A program made the translations under genes and the position numbers. From positions 42,177,126-42,213,503 of the forward strand of contig NC_068996.1 of NCBI RefSeq assembly GCF_001194135.2: a stretch of 36,378 nucleotides of DNA. The letters are read 5' to 3'. The notes under the pieces are model-generated. The model saw only the letters and a program-made list of their open reading frames with translations. It ran no database searches and was not told the origin of the DNA. The DNA comes from Octopus bimaculoides (Eukaryota). Of the stretch, positions 34,144 through 36,378 are shown piece by piece; the stretch's first letter is position 1; each line of letters opens with the position of its first letter.

Positions 34144-34794
34144 AAAGCGTGAGATATACCCAAAACATTCCAGACATGTATCGAATATGTCCTGACAATT
34201 TTAAATTGTAGGGTGTGTGATTTGAGGAATTATGTGGCTGTTGTTTGTAGCTGAACGAACAACCGGTTTCTACTTACCACCGATATTGTTAATCTAACTC
34301 TATGCTATTGTTGTTTTTATCTGGTGTTAATTGAGCGGATCCATGCTTAGAACCTTGTCATTTAGAACCCTTCTGTATGCAATTCGAAAGGCGGATCTAG
34401 AACAAACATTATTTCAACGTAGTATCTTTTTCTGTATTTTAATATGGTAGGGGTAACTTTGAGTAGCTGCTATTTCTAACAGATCGAATAACCTGACAAG
34501 TGTTTCCTCAATGTGTGTGTGTGTGTGAACATGCACGAGTGCGTTTCTGTCCGATGGTGACTAGGAATGATATGAGATAGATGAGATAGATGGAGGATTA
34601 GAGAGAGTGAGAGAAAGGCAGTGTGTATGTGTGGATGCTTGTGTCCCTGCATGTAGATGTGTGTGTGTAATGAACGTAAAGCAAAGTGACTCGGGCAGGC
34701 AGGCAGACAGAGGGAGAGAAGTGTATGTGTACGTAAGTATTTTTGTGTGACATGTGTAAAGATGATAAAGATAAAGCAAAAACAAAAGACGTCG

Positions 34795-35235
34795 TGAGAG
34801 AGGGAGAGAGAGACTGAGATAGAGAGAGGGAGAGAGATTGAGACAGAGAGAGGGAGAAAGACTGAGATAGCGAGAGGGAGAGAGATTGAGACAGAGAGAG
34901 GGAGAGAAACTGAGATAGCGAGAGGGAGAGAGAGGCTGCGATAGAGAGAGTTTGAGACAGAGAGACAGAAATAGAAAGAGAGAGAGAGACTGAGATAGAA
35001 AGAGGGAGAGAAACTGAGATAGAAAGAGGGAGAGAGACTGAGATAGAGAGAGGGAGAGAGACTGAGATAGCGAGAGGGAGAGAGAGACTGCGATAGAGAG
35101 ACGTTGAGACAGAGAGAGAGGGAGAGAGACTGAAATAAAAAGAGGGAGAGAGACTGAGACAGAGAGAGGGAGAGGGACTGAGAGGAAGAGGGACTGAGAG
35201 GGAGAGGGACTGAGATAGAGACAGAGAGGGTGTGA
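34795..35235. repeat. Purine-rich AG minisatellite (~22-30 bp units such as GAGAGACTGAGATAGAGAGAGGGA)
   Basis: Recurring CTGAGATAG / TTGAGACAG cores spaced by (AG)n. This is the source of the S/L/Q-rich ORFs at 34561-35455. Confidence 0.9.
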
Positions 35236-35477
35236 GAAAGACATATGGAAACAATGATATAATTTTTTTTTTTTCATTTGTTGTTGTGGGTATATCATTG
35301 TAAGTTATAATCGTCAGACTACGAACTAATAAAATACTGATCAAAGAACAATGAAGAAATCTAAAATTATACGAAGAAAATACGAAGAAAAAAAAAGCAT
35401 AAAACAACAGAAAAGCAAGCAAACAAATCGAAAAAATACATATTGTATAAATCAATATTTTCCGTCAACACACTTAC

Positions 35478-35549
35478 CACATCCTTCCATGATTTAGCTT
35501 TGTCGTTAGCGGCATGCGCTTTTATTTATTTATTTATTTTTTCAATAAT
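35478..35549 (-). other. Candidate small upstream (5' UTR) exon
   Basis: Minus strand: ...TTTCATTATTTTGCATGCAG|ATTATTG...GGATGTG|GTAAGT, with a consensus donor and a plausible acceptor. Confidence 0.3.
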
Positions 35550-36378
35550 CTGCATGCAAAATAATGAAACAGAAAGAACAAAAAACAAAAACAAAATGAT
35601 ATTAATCGATTAAGTTTTGCATGTATGTCAGTCATTTTTTTTTAAGGAAAAAAAATAAAACTACTCTTCTCAAACTCTAATATATTTGATAAGTCATAAA
35701 AAAGATCTTCAAGAAAAGCACCAGAATTACTAATATACATACATACATACATACATACACACATACATACACACATACACACATACATGCATTCATACAT
35801 ACATACATGCATACATATATATATATATATTTATATATATATGCATACATGTGTGTAGATATAGATACATATATAGACATATGTATATATACATACATAT
35901 ANNNNNNNNNNNNNNNNNNNNNNNNNNNNNNNNNNNNNNNNNNNNNNNNNNNNNNNNNNNNNNNNNNNNNNNNNNNNNNNNNNNNNNNNNNNNNNNNNNN
36001 NNNNNNNNNNNNNNNNNNNNNNNNNNNNNNNNNNNNNNNNNNNNNNNNNNNNNNNNNNNNNNNNNNNNNNNNNNNNNNNNNNNNNNNNNNNNNNNNNNNN
36101 NNNNNNNNNNNNNNNNNNNNNNNNNNNNNNNNNNNNNNNNNNNNNNNNNNNNNNNNNNNNNNNNNNNNNNNNNNNNNNNNNNNNNNNNNNNNNNNNNATA
36201 TATATATATATACATACATATGTATATAAACATAGATATATATGTCAGTATATATATATGTACATATTCGTATATACATATACATACATACCTAATGCTT
36301 TTAATTGTGTGTATATGTATAAATATATGCATACACGCACACACACACATATTTATACATACATACATATATATATAT

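Larger units (their letters stand above)
883..36197. other. Twelve assembly gaps: 883-1240, 2981-3181, 9006-9373, 11492-11591, 11795-11804, 11983-12147, 16194-16693, 19555-20446, 21226-21235, 30427-30547, 31463-31472, 35902-36197
   Basis: N runs, nearly all abutting microsatellites, which is typical of short-read scaffolding. Confidence 0.97.

Overview
Repeat-saturated eukaryotic DNA, most likely intronic or intergenic sequence from an octopus or other cephalopod. That assignment is inferred from the recurring tRNA-derived SINE families and the extreme density of (TA)n, (CA)n and (TATG)n repeats. There are 12 assembly gaps, nearly all beside microsatellites. No intact gene is supported, and most ORFs in the track are translated microsatellite or antisense transposon sequence. 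The window is a nested set of decayed mobile elements: a Helitron RepHel remnant (1.4-2.9 kb); an old MITE; a 5'-truncated R4/Dong-like RLE retrotransposon inside a (TATG)n array; a near full-length RTE LINE interrupted by a SINE, with a C2H2-finger 3' tail; a near full-length CR1/L2-group LINE plus a second 3' fragment; a Penelope-like element with an inverted 5' pLTR, interrupted by an RTE; a deleted mariner with a palindrome-rich insert; a third RTE fragment; a second fold-back Penelope remnant; and about 10 SINE copies from three modular families. The best leads are two decayed hammerhead-ribozyme-like motifs, possible microsatellite targeting by the RLE element, the zinc-finger tail of the RTE, and a few candidate host exons. 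One of these exons encodes a mitochondrial-presequence-like N-terminus. I see no convincing evidence for a wholly new biological system.
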